Source: an uncultured Candidatus Peribacteria bacterium
GTDB taxonomy: Bacteria > Patescibacteriota > Gracilibacteria > UBA1369 > UBA12463
DNA: 55,621 bases
Reading direction: 5' to 3'
Assembly: GCA_964521465.1 (NCBI GenBank)
Contig: CAZFSD010000001.1
Location: forward strand, 18,715-74,335
Part shown: positions 41,705 to 49,763 of the stretch, piece after piece
Layout: each line of letters opens with the position of its first letter
Position numbering within the stretch: the stretch's first letter is position 1
Program-made: the position numbers and the translations under genes
The notes under the pieces: generated by a model
Told to the model about the DNA's origin: nothing
Databases searched by the model: none
Seen by the model: only the letters and a program-made list of their open reading frames with translations

Positions 41705-43351
41705 TTACTGTATCATGTTCTTCAAATTTTTGTCGAATATTCTGCGGCTTTTTCCTTCATTTTCATAGAATTTTTGTTTTTCGCCGCTGATAAATGTGCT
41801 GAAAACTTCGTGATCGGGAATGTAGGTTTGAATGAGAAATTCTCCGTCTTTGGTCAGGATGGTTTTGAGCTCGCAGAGTTGCTGGAGTGTTACTTCGCTG
41901 CTCTCAATGCTGGGGTAGGAGAGGGTGATGTCTGGAAGGAGCGCTGCGATGAGTGGCGACTCGATCATGAGATCGCGGTGGAGCATGCTCGTTGTCAGGA
42001 GGACTCCTGCTTGGTTCGGCTTTTTTTCTCGAAATGTCTGTGACGCCCTTTCCAGTTCTTTTGAGTTTTTGATCACATCTTTGTCGATGCGAATAACGGT
42101 TATTTGAGGGAAGAGTCGCTTGAGTTCCTGTTCGACTTTTTCTGTGCCGGTGCCCAGAATTTTGATGCGTGTGCTGTGGCAGTTTGGGCAAACGGCTGGC
42201 GATGATTTTGTTTTTTTGCAACGATGGCAGAGGAGCATCAGGTTTCCTTTTTCTCCTTTGTGGGTGGCGTAGGGGACTGTGCATGTTTCACATCTTTCGA
42301 TATGGCCGCAATCTCGACAGAGCATTGCTCCTCCAGTTCCGCGGCGATTGAGGAAGAGAATGGCGCTACTGTTTTTTTCGACGATTTCTGTGAGTTTTTC
42401 TTGGAGTCTCTCGCTGAGAGGAGAGTGGTTGCGTCTTTTGATCTCGTCACGAAGATCGATTATTTCCGTCGCGATTCTCCTTTTCGTTTCGAAGGTATTC
42501 CAGTGATTTTTTTTGGACTGCTCAAATGTTGTGAGTGATGGACACGGTGACTCAAAAATAATTTCGCATCCGGAGAATTCGTGAATTTTTTTGGTGATGT
42601 CGCGAATGTGAATTTTTGGCTGTGTTTCTTCTTCGTAGGCCCGTCCGTGTTCGTTGGTGACAATAATGAGTCCGAGACTTCGTAGTGGCGCAAAGGGTCC
42701 GAGTTTGGAACCGACGACGATTTTTATTTCGTTTCGTGCAATTTTTTGCCACAGGAGCGCGTGCTGTTTTGGCGTTTTTTTGCCGGTGAATGTTGTTGTC
42801 GGTGCAATTTTTTCCAATTCTGCGATCCAGAGCGGCGCTGGTTCGATTTCTGGCGTCAAGATGAGGACTTGGAGATTTTTGTCGATAATTTTCCGGATTT
42901 TTTTTCTGAGGAGATCCCATTTTTGCGATTCGCGGCTCGAAATAAACAAATTTATCGCCGATTTTGTGTTTGATGGCAAGATTCTTTCTTCGATCATTGG
43001 CGCGAGCTTGCCGTCGAAAATGTAATCTGGAATAAATTTTTTGATGAAGCGGTAGGCTTTTCCTTCGGGGAAACTGCTGAGAAAGTTTAAGAGTTTGAGT
43101 TGCCACGGGAGAAGAATCTGCGGCGTGATGATTGTTGATATTTCTTTTGTTTCCCCCTTTTCTGCATTGTGCCGACTTTTGTTCAATCCTATGACGACTC
43201 CGCGAACTTGCTGCTTTCTGAGCGGTACTTCGACGAAGTCTCCGATGCGAATTTCAGCTTTGAGTGACTCAGGCACGCCGTAGGTGAGCGTTCCTGGGTG
43301 GAAGTTCGTATTGAAGCTGATTTTCCGATCGAGAAGGATCTGTGCGATCAT
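41705..43351 (-). CDS. priA: primosomal protein N' (PriA) homologue with degenerate helicase motifs
   Basis: 548 aa. N-terminal 3'-DNA-binding-like domain, the Cys-rich zinc region retained (CRDCGHIERCETC...CHRCKK...CPNCHS) and ILFLNRRG. The Walker A, DEEH, SATP and arginine-finger positions are all substituted. Confidence 0.85.
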   Translation of the reverse strand: MIAQILLDRKISFNTNFHPGTLTYGVPESLKAEIRIGDFVEVPLRKQQVRGVVIGLNKSRHNAEKGETKEISTIITPQILLPWQLKLLNFLSSFPEGKAYRFIKKFIPDYIFDGKLAPMIEERILPSNTKSAINLFISSRESQKWDLLRKKIRKIIDKNLQVLILTPEIEPAPLWIAELEKIAPTTTFTGKKTPKQHALLWQKIARNEIKIVVGSKLGPFAPLRSLGLIIVTNEHGRAYEEETQPKIHIRDITKKIHEFSGCEIIFESPCPSLTTFEQSKKNHWNTFETKRRIATEIIDLRDEIKRRNHSPLSERLQEKLTEIVEKNSSAILFLNRRGTGGAMLCRDCGHIERCETCTVPYATHKGEKGNLMLLCHRCKKTKSSPAVCPNCHSTRIKILGTGTEKVEQELKRLFPQITVIRIDKDVIKNSKELERASQTFREKKPNQAGVLLTTSMLHRDLMIESPLIAALLPDITLSYPSIESSEVTLQQLCELKTILTKDGEFLIQTYIPDHEVFSTFISGEKQKFYENEGKSRRIFDKNLKNMIQ

Positions 43352-43385
43352 GGTTTTCGGCTTAAGGGGACTTTAATTGACAATT

Positions 43386-43416
43386 TATAAAAAACTGTTA
43401 TTATAATCTCTTTTCC
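43386..43416 (+). promoter_or_regulatory. near-consensus promoter for the 43437 ORF
   Basis: TTGACA (43386-43391) and TATAAT (43411-43416), with an alternative TATTAT at 43408-43413 giving a 16-nt spacer. Confidence 0.55.
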
Positions 43417-43436
43417 ACTTCCTTTCTTGCAGCTTT

Positions 43437-43859
43437 ATGGATATCACTTTGTCAGAAAAACAGCTTATCAGTTACTTTGTAGACGGACAAGAAGACGCTT
43501 GTCTTGAGATTTTTTCGCAGAAGGGCCCGGAAGGATTGCGCTGCTATTTGGGAGTTTCGGAAGATCGTGATGATGTCTGGAGTTCTCTTTATGATTATTT
43601 TCTTTTTGAAAAACGATTTGATCTTCTTTCGTTTGTTCGTGGGAATGCATCTTTGCTTACGACGGAGCTTTTTGAGAAAGGTTCTGATTTTATTCGACAA
43701 AAACTTCATATTTCTCGTGATCAGTATGATCTTCTTTGGAAGCAAATTTTGGATATTCTTCTTGAACGAGCTTCTGGTGATGCTTTTCACGATCGGGAGC
43801 GAGAGCATGTCAAAAATTTCTTTCGGGCGATGCGAAAGATGTTGATGGGCTCTTTTTAG
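43437..43859 (+). CDS. hypothetical protein
   Basis: 140-aa ORF preceded by a near-consensus TTGACA/TATAAT promoter. Helical and acidic; no family recognised. Confidence 0.5.
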   Translation: MDITLSEKQLISYFVDGQEDACLEIFSQKGPEGLRCYLGVSEDRDDVWSSLYDYFLFEKRFDLLSFVRGNASLLTTELFEKGSDFIRQKLHISRDQYDLLWKQILDILLERASGDAFHDREREHVKNFFRAMRKMLMGSF

Positions 43860-44812
43860 CCTATGTGTGTTTGTTTCATGCGTATCTTCATCTCGAGGAG
43901 AGCTTTTTCGATGAGGTCGATTTTTGTCAGCATCATACCGCTGATGATCATAATGACGGTAATAATGTGAATCCCCGTGATTTCTTCTCCCAGAAAGATG
44001 TTGGAATAGACGATACCGATGATTGGGGAGCTTAGACCAATGAGGGCATTGTTCACGAGCGAGGTGTTTTCCAGTGACCAGTACTGAAGGATGTAGGTGA
44101 TGATGATGCCGATAATGGCGTAGAGGATAATGAGCTTATAATATTCGCTGACATGCTGGGTGAAGTTCAGGAGTTCTGGTCGGAAGAAAAACCACATAAT
44201 GCCGCCGAGAATGACACTGCTGACAATGGTTCGATAGATGACGAGAATATCGAGATGCCGAGAGTGAACATATTTTTTGAAGAGGACATTTCCGAGACTG
44301 TATCCGATGGCAGAAATGGCGATATAAATATCTCCGGAATTGAGCTGTATGCTATTTGCCAGACCGTTGGTCGTAAGAATGACGATACCGAAAAGTGTGA
44401 GGATGATTCCGAATACGAGGTTTTTGGTAAATTCTTCACGCAGAAGAAGAATGGCAAAAATACTCATGAAGAGGGGATTGAGATTGATGAGCATGCTGGT
44501 ATTCACTCCGGATGTCTCATTGAGTCCCATGAGGAAGAACACAGGCCCGAGAACGCCACTGAGAATACTGGATATGGTCAGAGCGGTGAGTTCATGCGTT
44601 TCCAGCTCTCGGAGGCGTGCCACGATGTTTTTGGCGCCCATGTAGAAAAGCATGAGAATCATTCCCGTGAGCATCTCAATGAATGCGACAAACATGGGGC
44701 TAATGCTTTTCAACAGAAATTTTCCGAAAATAATGTCAGTACGACTTGTAAATCGCGAAATGATTCCCGCGACAATGCCGACCGTTGATGGTTGTTTGAG
44801 AAATTCGAACAT
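43856..44812 (-). CDS. EamA/DMT-superfamily transporter
   Basis: 318 aa, 10 TM arranged as two EamA-like halves. Confidence 0.8.
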   Translation of the reverse strand: MFEFLKQPSTVGIVAGIISRFTSRTDIIFGKFLLKSISPMFVAFIEMLTGMILMLFYMGAKNIVARLRELETHELTALTISSILSGVLGPVFFLMGLNETSGVNTSMLINLNPLFMSIFAILLLREEFTKNLVFGIILTLFGIVILTTNGLANSIQLNSGDIYIAISAIGYSLGNVLFKKYVHSRHLDILVIYRTIVSSVILGGIMWFFFRPELLNFTQHVSEYYKLIILYAIIGIIITYILQYWSLENTSLVNNALIGLSSPIIGIVYSNIFLGEEITGIHIITVIMIISGMMLTKIDLIEKALLEMKIRMKQTHIG

Positions 44813-44820
44813 ATCTGGTT

Positions 44821-44829
44821 ATTTTACCA
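44821..44829 (-). promoter_or_regulatory. extended -10 box for the EamA transporter gene (near-leaderless)
   Basis: Minus-strand TGgTAAAAT, then 8 nt, then ATG 44812. Confidence 0.45.
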
Positions 44830-44852
44830 TATTTTCAGCTTTGTGGCAACTG

Positions 44853-44881
44853 TTTACTTTCGCTTTTTCTTACTTTACAGT
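44853..44881 (+). promoter_or_regulatory. candidate tRNA-Arg promoter
   Basis: TTTACT (44853-44858), 17-nt spacer, TACAGT (44876-44881). The mature tRNA 5' end is at 44894. Confidence 0.35.
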
Positions 44882-44893
44882 GTCTTCGCTGCG

Positions 44894-44968
44894 TGCACCT
44901 GTAGTTCAATGGATAGAACGTCGGTCTTCGGAACCGATAATGTAGGTTCGATTCCTACCAGGTGCACC
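44894..44968 (+). tRNA. tRNA-Arg (anticodon TCG), CCA encoded
   Basis: Hand-folded cloverleaf. Acceptor GCACCTG/CAGGTGC, D stem GTTC/GAAC, anticodon stem TCGGT/ACCGA with loop CTTCGGA (anticodon TCG), T stem GTAGG/CCTAC with loop TTCGATT, discriminator A, then CCA. Confidence 0.9.
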
Positions 44969-44984
44969 ATTTTTCGTGCTTTTT

Positions 44985-45014
44985 TAAAGGCCCCGCTTGC
45001 GGCGGGGCCTTTTT
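44985..45014. terminator. bidirectional intrinsic terminator between tRNA-Arg and convergent secDF
   Basis: AAAGGCCCCGC-ttgcg-GCGGGGCCTTTTT: an 8-bp GC stem with flanking A/T runs. Confidence 0.8.
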
Positions 45015-45036
45015 CAGTTGCTGTACTTTTTATCTG

Positions 45037-48000
45037 TTAGGCTCTTTTTCTTGCCCACTGAGTCCATTTCACGAGCACCATGGATGCGACGAAGATGGAT
45101 GAGTAGGTACCAACGATGATACCGATGGTGAGGGCGAGGACGAAGTAGAAGATTGGCGTGGCTCCGAAGAGGAGGAGGGCGATGAGGGTTAAGATTGTTG
45201 AGACGGATGTGTTGATCGAACGACTCATGGTTTCTGTGAGTGATTCATTGACGACAACCTCGAGTGATTTACCTTCGTCTTTTCGGAGGTGTTCGCGGAC
45301 TCGGTCGAAGACGACGATGGTGTCGTGAACCGAGAAGCCGAGAACCGTGAGAAGAGCGGTAACGAAGAGGGCATCAATTTCAACTCCTGCGAATTTTCCG
45401 AGAATCAGGAAGACGCCGAAGGTGATGAAAAGGTCATGGATCAAGGCGATGATGGCGCAGGCTCCGAATCTCCATGGATTCACGCTCTTTGGGATTTTTC
45501 GGAAAGCAAACGCGAGATAGGCCATGATCATGAGCGATGCGAAGATGATGGCGAAGATCGCTTTTTGTTCTGTGTCGGATCCGATCGTGGCACCGATGGT
45601 TTCGAAGCGAGTTTCTTCCAATTTTCCGCGGCCTTCTTCTAATGCTTTGATGAGTTTGTCATGGGTTTCTGTTGAGATGAATTTCATTTTTACCTGCATG
45701 GTCTGCTCATCCGTCGTGATGATCTGTGCAGTTTTGAGATCGAGAGGGTTTTCTTTGGTGGTGTTTTTTTCTTCGAATGCTGCGAAATCCTTTTTCACAT
45801 CTTCGATCGTGATTTTTGGATCTTTGAATTTGATCTCCATAAATGTTCCTCCCGTGAAGTCCATTCCTGGTTTTACTCCGAAGACCACGAGTGCGATCAA
45901 GCTTATTGCGAGGAGTGTTCCTGAAACGCTATACCAGAGCTTCATTTTCTCCACGAATTTGTAGGTTTTCTTTTCACCTTTTTTCACGTGCGCGAAGAGA
46001 GAAGGTTTTTCAGCGAGTTTTGTCTTCATTACGGCGCGAAGGAGCGTGCGGCTGACGGTGATAGCGGTGAACATCGATACGACGATACCGACGGCAAGGT
46101 TGAGGGCAAAACCGCGGATGATTGAGCTTCCGAAGTAGAAGAGAATCGCGCAGGTGATGAGGGAGGAGAAGTTCGAATCACGAATACTGTTCCAGGCTCG
46201 ATTGAAGCCATTTTCTACGGCTGATACGAGATTGTGACCGTTTTGAATTTCTTCTTTCATTCTTTCGAAAATCAAAATGTTCGCATCGACTGCCATACCG
46301 ATCGAGAGAACGACACCGGCGATACCGGCGAGGGTGAGAGTAATAGGACTCGAAAGCACGGATGTAAGGAAGAACAAGATGATGAGACTCAAGAGAAACG
46401 AGAGAAATTTCTCGCCCCGTCCATCATCGTTGTTGAGAATTTTATAGAGAATGACCAGGAATATGGCTGTAGAAATCGCGAGAGAGAGGCCAATTGGAAG
46501 TTCGCTCTTGATGAGGAACATCATGGTCAGGGTATAGACGATGAGCGCGATCGTGGCAATAAGCCCCGGAATGCGATACCAGCCAATCATGAAGATGGCG
46601 ACGAGAAGAAGACCGATAAATCCTGCTTTCAAGCTCTTATCGAGAGCTTCCTGACCGAGTGTTGATCCGATGGTATGTTGACCGACGAGAAGGATTGGTG
46701 CGGGGATAGCACCGGTATTCAGATTTTGAGCAAGATTTTGCGCTTCTTCTGCACTGAAGTTTCCGTTGATGACGGCGCTTCCACCCGGGATTTTTGCTTC
46801 AACGACCGGGGATGAAATCAGTGTTCCTCCGACGAAGATAGCAACTTGTTTGCCGATGTTTTTTTCCGTGATTTGCTCGAAGAGTTTTGCTCCCTCTGCG
46901 TTAAACTGAATTGCGACATATGGACGGAAGAATTGCTGGTCGAATTTTACTTCTGCATTTGAGAAGTGTTCTCCGGTCAGTCCTGTTTCTTGCCATGGAT
47001 CCGGCATGGTGGAGATGAATATTTTTTCGAGTTTTACTTTTGTTTGTTTCACATCTTTCCTGACAGCGTTTGCTTTGATGATATGGAATCCGAATTGCGT
47101 TTTGATGACGTCGCTGATATCTCCTGCTTTTTCGAGTTTCAATGCGCCTTCTTTGAACTCTGTTACATATCCAGCATTTTTGTTGATTGGACTGTCGAGA
47201 ACTCCACCCTTGGTTTTTGATCCTGGGTCGTCTGAATTTTCTTGAGCGAGTTTTGCGAAATCCTCACCTTTTTTTGCTTTTGCGAGAATGTCTTGTGCAA
47301 GTTTTTCTGCCTGCGATTCTGTTCTTTTGACTTCTGTTGCTGCTTTTTCTGCTCCTGCGTAGGCAATGAGAATATGGCTTGCGTCCAACTCTTTTTCGTA
47401 GCGAACCTCTTCTTTTTTATCATCGAGCTTCACGAGATAGACACCGGAGACTTTCTCCAATTGACCACTTGTTCCCATTTGATATTCATTGGAAACGGTA
47501 ATGAGTTTTGGAGACACTTGTCCTGCACTCAGATTTTGAGCCGCAGTTTTTATTTCTCCAGAAAGGTCGTCGACAAATTTTTCTTCGCTGACGTCATAGC
47601 GAACTTTTCCTGGATTTGCTTGCTGTTCTTCCTGCCCGACGACGGTAAAATTTTTCCCTTGTCCATCAAGCGTTTTTCTCAAGACGGAATTTGCGTAGTC
47701 CATCTGTTTCTTTTCCTCTTCTGGATCAGCTTTTTCTTTCTTTTCTTTGAATTCCAATTGGATGGTTTTTCCGACTGCTTTTTTGGCTTCTTCGAGATCT
47801 TTCACTTCTGCGAGTTCGACAATGATGTGATCTTCACTTCCTACTTTTGAGAGATAAATGCTTGGTTCTGATACGCCGAGAGCGTTGACTCTTTTTTCAA
47901 TGACTTCCATGACGCCAGCAATGATTTGTTTTTGGTCTTTTTGTTCTACTTTTCGAAGATCGATTTTGTAATCAAGCTGAGATCCACCTTTGAGGTCGAG

Positions 48001-48144
48001 ACCGAGGTGAACATGCTGCTTGGCGAGTGAATCAGGTGTCCATGGGAAAATCTTGGTCTGGATTTCTCCGGGTGCGTTATAGAACGCGAAGAAAAGTGAG
48101 AGTACAAGAATCGCCACGATCTGCCATGAGAAAAAGCGTTTCAT
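45037..48144 (-). CDS. secDF: SecD-SecF fusion protein with embedded parvulin-type PPIase module
   Basis: 1035 aa. SecD motifs LGLDLKGGSQL and INGNFSAEEAQNLAQNLNTGAIPAPI plus a 6-TM block, then the SecF half (MDFTGGTFMEIKF, second 6-TM block). Residues about 250-362 carry the parvulin signature (SHILIAY...DFAKLAQENSDDPGSKTKGG...FGFHIIKA). Confidence 0.93.
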   Translation of the reverse strand: MKRFFSWQIVAILVLSLFFAFYNAPGEIQTKIFPWTPDSLAKQHVHLGLDLKGGSQLDYKIDLRKVEQKDQKQIIAGVMEVIEKRVNALGVSEPSIYLSKVGSEDHIIVELAEVKDLEEAKKAVGKTIQLEFKEKKEKADPEEEKKQMDYANSVLRKTLDGQGKNFTVVGQEEQQANPGKVRYDVSEEKFVDDLSGEIKTAAQNLSAGQVSPKLITVSNEYQMGTSGQLEKVSGVYLVKLDDKKEEVRYEKELDASHILIAYAGAEKAATEVKRTESQAEKLAQDILAKAKKGEDFAKLAQENSDDPGSKTKGGVLDSPINKNAGYVTEFKEGALKLEKAGDISDVIKTQFGFHIIKANAVRKDVKQTKVKLEKIFISTMPDPWQETGLTGEHFSNAEVKFDQQFFRPYVAIQFNAEGAKLFEQITEKNIGKQVAIFVGGTLISSPVVEAKIPGGSAVINGNFSAEEAQNLAQNLNTGAIPAPILLVGQHTIGSTLGQEALDKSLKAGFIGLLLVAIFMIGWYRIPGLIATIALIVYTLTMMFLIKSELPIGLSLAISTAIFLVILYKILNNDDGRGEKFLSFLLSLIILFFLTSVLSSPITLTLAGIAGVVLSIGMAVDANILIFERMKEEIQNGHNLVSAVENGFNRAWNSIRDSNFSSLITCAILFYFGSSIIRGFALNLAVGIVVSMFTAITVSRTLLRAVMKTKLAEKPSLFAHVKKGEKKTYKFVEKMKLWYSVSGTLLAISLIALVVFGVKPGMDFTGGTFMEIKFKDPKITIEDVKKDFAAFEEKNTTKENPLDLKTAQIITTDEQTMQVKMKFISTETHDKLIKALEEGRGKLEETRFETIGATIGSDTEQKAIFAIIFASLMIMAYLAFAFRKIPKSVNPWRFGACAIIALIHDLFITFGVFLILGKFAGVEIDALFVTALLTVLGFSVHDTIVVFDRVREHLRKDEGKSLEVVVNESLTETMSRSINTSVSTILTLIALLLFGATPIFYFVLALTIGIIVGTYSSIFVASMVLVKWTQWARKRA

Positions 48145-48169
48145 AGAAAGGGGTTAAAGATAGTAGGAT

Positions 48170-48574
48170 TTAAGATTTATGAGGATGTAAGGAGAGTTCT
48201 GTATCAAGGCTTTCATTGTTTCCTTTGCCACTTCTACCGTAATCATCAGCGAGTTTGACGACATCGTCGAGTTCTGGAGAAGAAACTTCGAAAATTTCAC
48301 TGTCTTCCAGTGCTTCGACGCGATGAATTTCCAATGGTTGGATGTCTTTTTTTTGTCCTGGCTCCAGAATAAGCTCTTGAAGTTCGTTTTCGTTTTTCCC
48401 GTAGGTGAGCTTGATTTTTCCCTTGGTGACGAATTGAGTTTCCATCTTTTTCTCATGGTATTGAAGGGAAAGTCTTTGACCCTTTTTTACGACGAGAATT
48501 TTTCCGGCATACTGATTCGTATGTGCGAACCAGACTTCGTGCCCCCAAGGCTTTGGTTTTATTTGTACATCCAT
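48170..48574 (-). CDS. cupin-domain protein (type II phosphomannose isomerase C-terminal-like)
   Basis: 134 aa with KPWGHEVWFAHTNQYAGKILVVKKGQRLSLQYHEKKMETQFV, the cupin motif of PMI/GMP bifunctional enzymes. It lies directly downstream of manC. Confidence 0.8.
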   Translation of the reverse strand: MDVQIKPKPWGHEVWFAHTNQYAGKILVVKKGQRLSLQYHEKKMETQFVTKGKIKLTYGKNENELQELILEPGQKKDIQPLEIHRVEALEDSEIFEVSSPELDDVVKLADDYGRSGKGNNESLDTELSLHPHKS

Positions 48575-48590
48575 AAAAAATGCGCTGAAA

Positions 48591-48618
48591 CTATACCCGA
48601 AAAAGCCTTTTTTTCAAA
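48591..48618 (-). promoter_or_regulatory. candidate promoter for the cupin gene
   Basis: Minus-strand TTGAAA (48618-48613), 16-nt spacer, TATAGT (48596-48591). ATG 48574. Confidence 0.45.
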
Positions 48619-48658
48619 GGTCTTCTTGAAGCTCTTTCAAAGCTGAGGAAATATTGAC

Positions 48659-49744
48659 TTATAGTATTTTTGTTTCGCCTTGTTTTTCGAGCTGCTGAAC
48701 GATCTTTTTGATGTCTTGGCTGCGACCTTTTGGACAGACGATCAGCGCATCTTTGGTGTCGACGATGACGAGGTCTTTGACTCCGACAGTGGCGATGAGT
48801 TTTTGAGGATTTCCATAGATGATGGTTCCTTCAGTTTCGATACCCATGTGTTTTCCTCGAACGAGGTTCGCACTCTTACTTTCTGCAAGTTCGTCAAAAA
48901 GCGATTCCCAGGTTCCGATGTCACTCCAGCCGAGTTCACCAGGAATGATTCGGACTTCTTTTGGTGATACTTTTTCCATGACGCCGTAGTCGATGGAAAT
49001 TTTTTCGCAGAGTTGATAGTGCTTTTTGATTGTTTCCTGTTCTTTGGCGGTGCCGATTGCCTTTTCGATGATGGCGAGTTGTTTTGCAGTTTCTGGAAGA
49101 TGCTGCTCAAATTTTTTGAGGATGGTGTCGATTTTCCAGACATAAAATCCGGTATTCCAAAGATATTTGTAGGAAGCGAGAAATTCTTTGGCTTTTTCGA
49201 GGGTTGGTTTTTCCACGAATTTTTGAAATGCGTAGACTTCGACGCCGCTGACTTCTTTCAAAAGCTTGCCGATTTTGACATAACCGAGATGGACATTTGG
49301 GAAGCGCGCTTTGACTTCAATGATGTTGAGTGTCGATTCTTCCCGTGCAACTTTTTCTGCAACCTTGAGGAGTTTCCGAAATTCTTTTTTGTCTTGCACG
49401 AGATGATCGGCGTAGATGACGGCCATTACTTCATCGGGAGAACTTTTTTTCCCCATGATCGTTGCGGCAAGTCCGATGCACGAAGCGGTGTCTCGTAGTG
49501 CCGGTTCCACAATGAAATTGCTTTTCGGAATTTTGAATGCTTTCGACTGGCTTCGTACTTCTTTCATGTATTGCTCGTTTGTCGCAATGAAAATGTTTTT
49601 TACTCCGACAAACTTGACGCGATCCAGTGTGTCTTGGAAGAGCGTTTTTTCGGAAAGAAGTTTTTGGAATTGTTTCGGTTTTTTGGCTCGTGAGAGAGGC
49701 CAAAGTCTGGTTCCACTACCGCCGGCTAAGATTACAATTTTCAT
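48659..49744 (-). CDS. manC: mannose-1-phosphate guanylyltransferase
   Basis: 361 aa with MKIVILAGGSGTRLWPLSRAKKPKQF, a nucleotidyltransferase N-terminus of the ManC/CpsB type. Confidence 0.9.
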   Translation of the reverse strand: MKIVILAGGSGTRLWPLSRAKKPKQFQKLLSEKTLFQDTLDRVKFVGVKNIFIATNEQYMKEVRSQSKAFKIPKSNFIVEPALRDTASCIGLAATIMGKKSSPDEVMAVIYADHLVQDKKEFRKLLKVAEKVAREESTLNIIEVKARFPNVHLGYVKIGKLLKEVSGVEVYAFQKFVEKPTLEKAKEFLASYKYLWNTGFYVWKIDTILKKFEQHLPETAKQLAIIEKAIGTAKEQETIKKHYQLCEKISIDYGVMEKVSPKEVRIIPGELGWSDIGTWESLFDELAESKSANLVRGKHMGIETEGTIIYGNPQKLIATVGVKDLVIVDTKDALIVCPKGRSQDIKKIVQQLEKQGETKIL

Positions 49745-49757
49745 ATAAGTCAGTGGG

Positions 49758-49763
49758 ATTCTA
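49758..49763 (-). promoter_or_regulatory. -10 box upstream of manC
   Basis: Minus-strand TAGAAT abutting the gpmI stop, 13 nt before ATG 49744. Confidence 0.3.
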
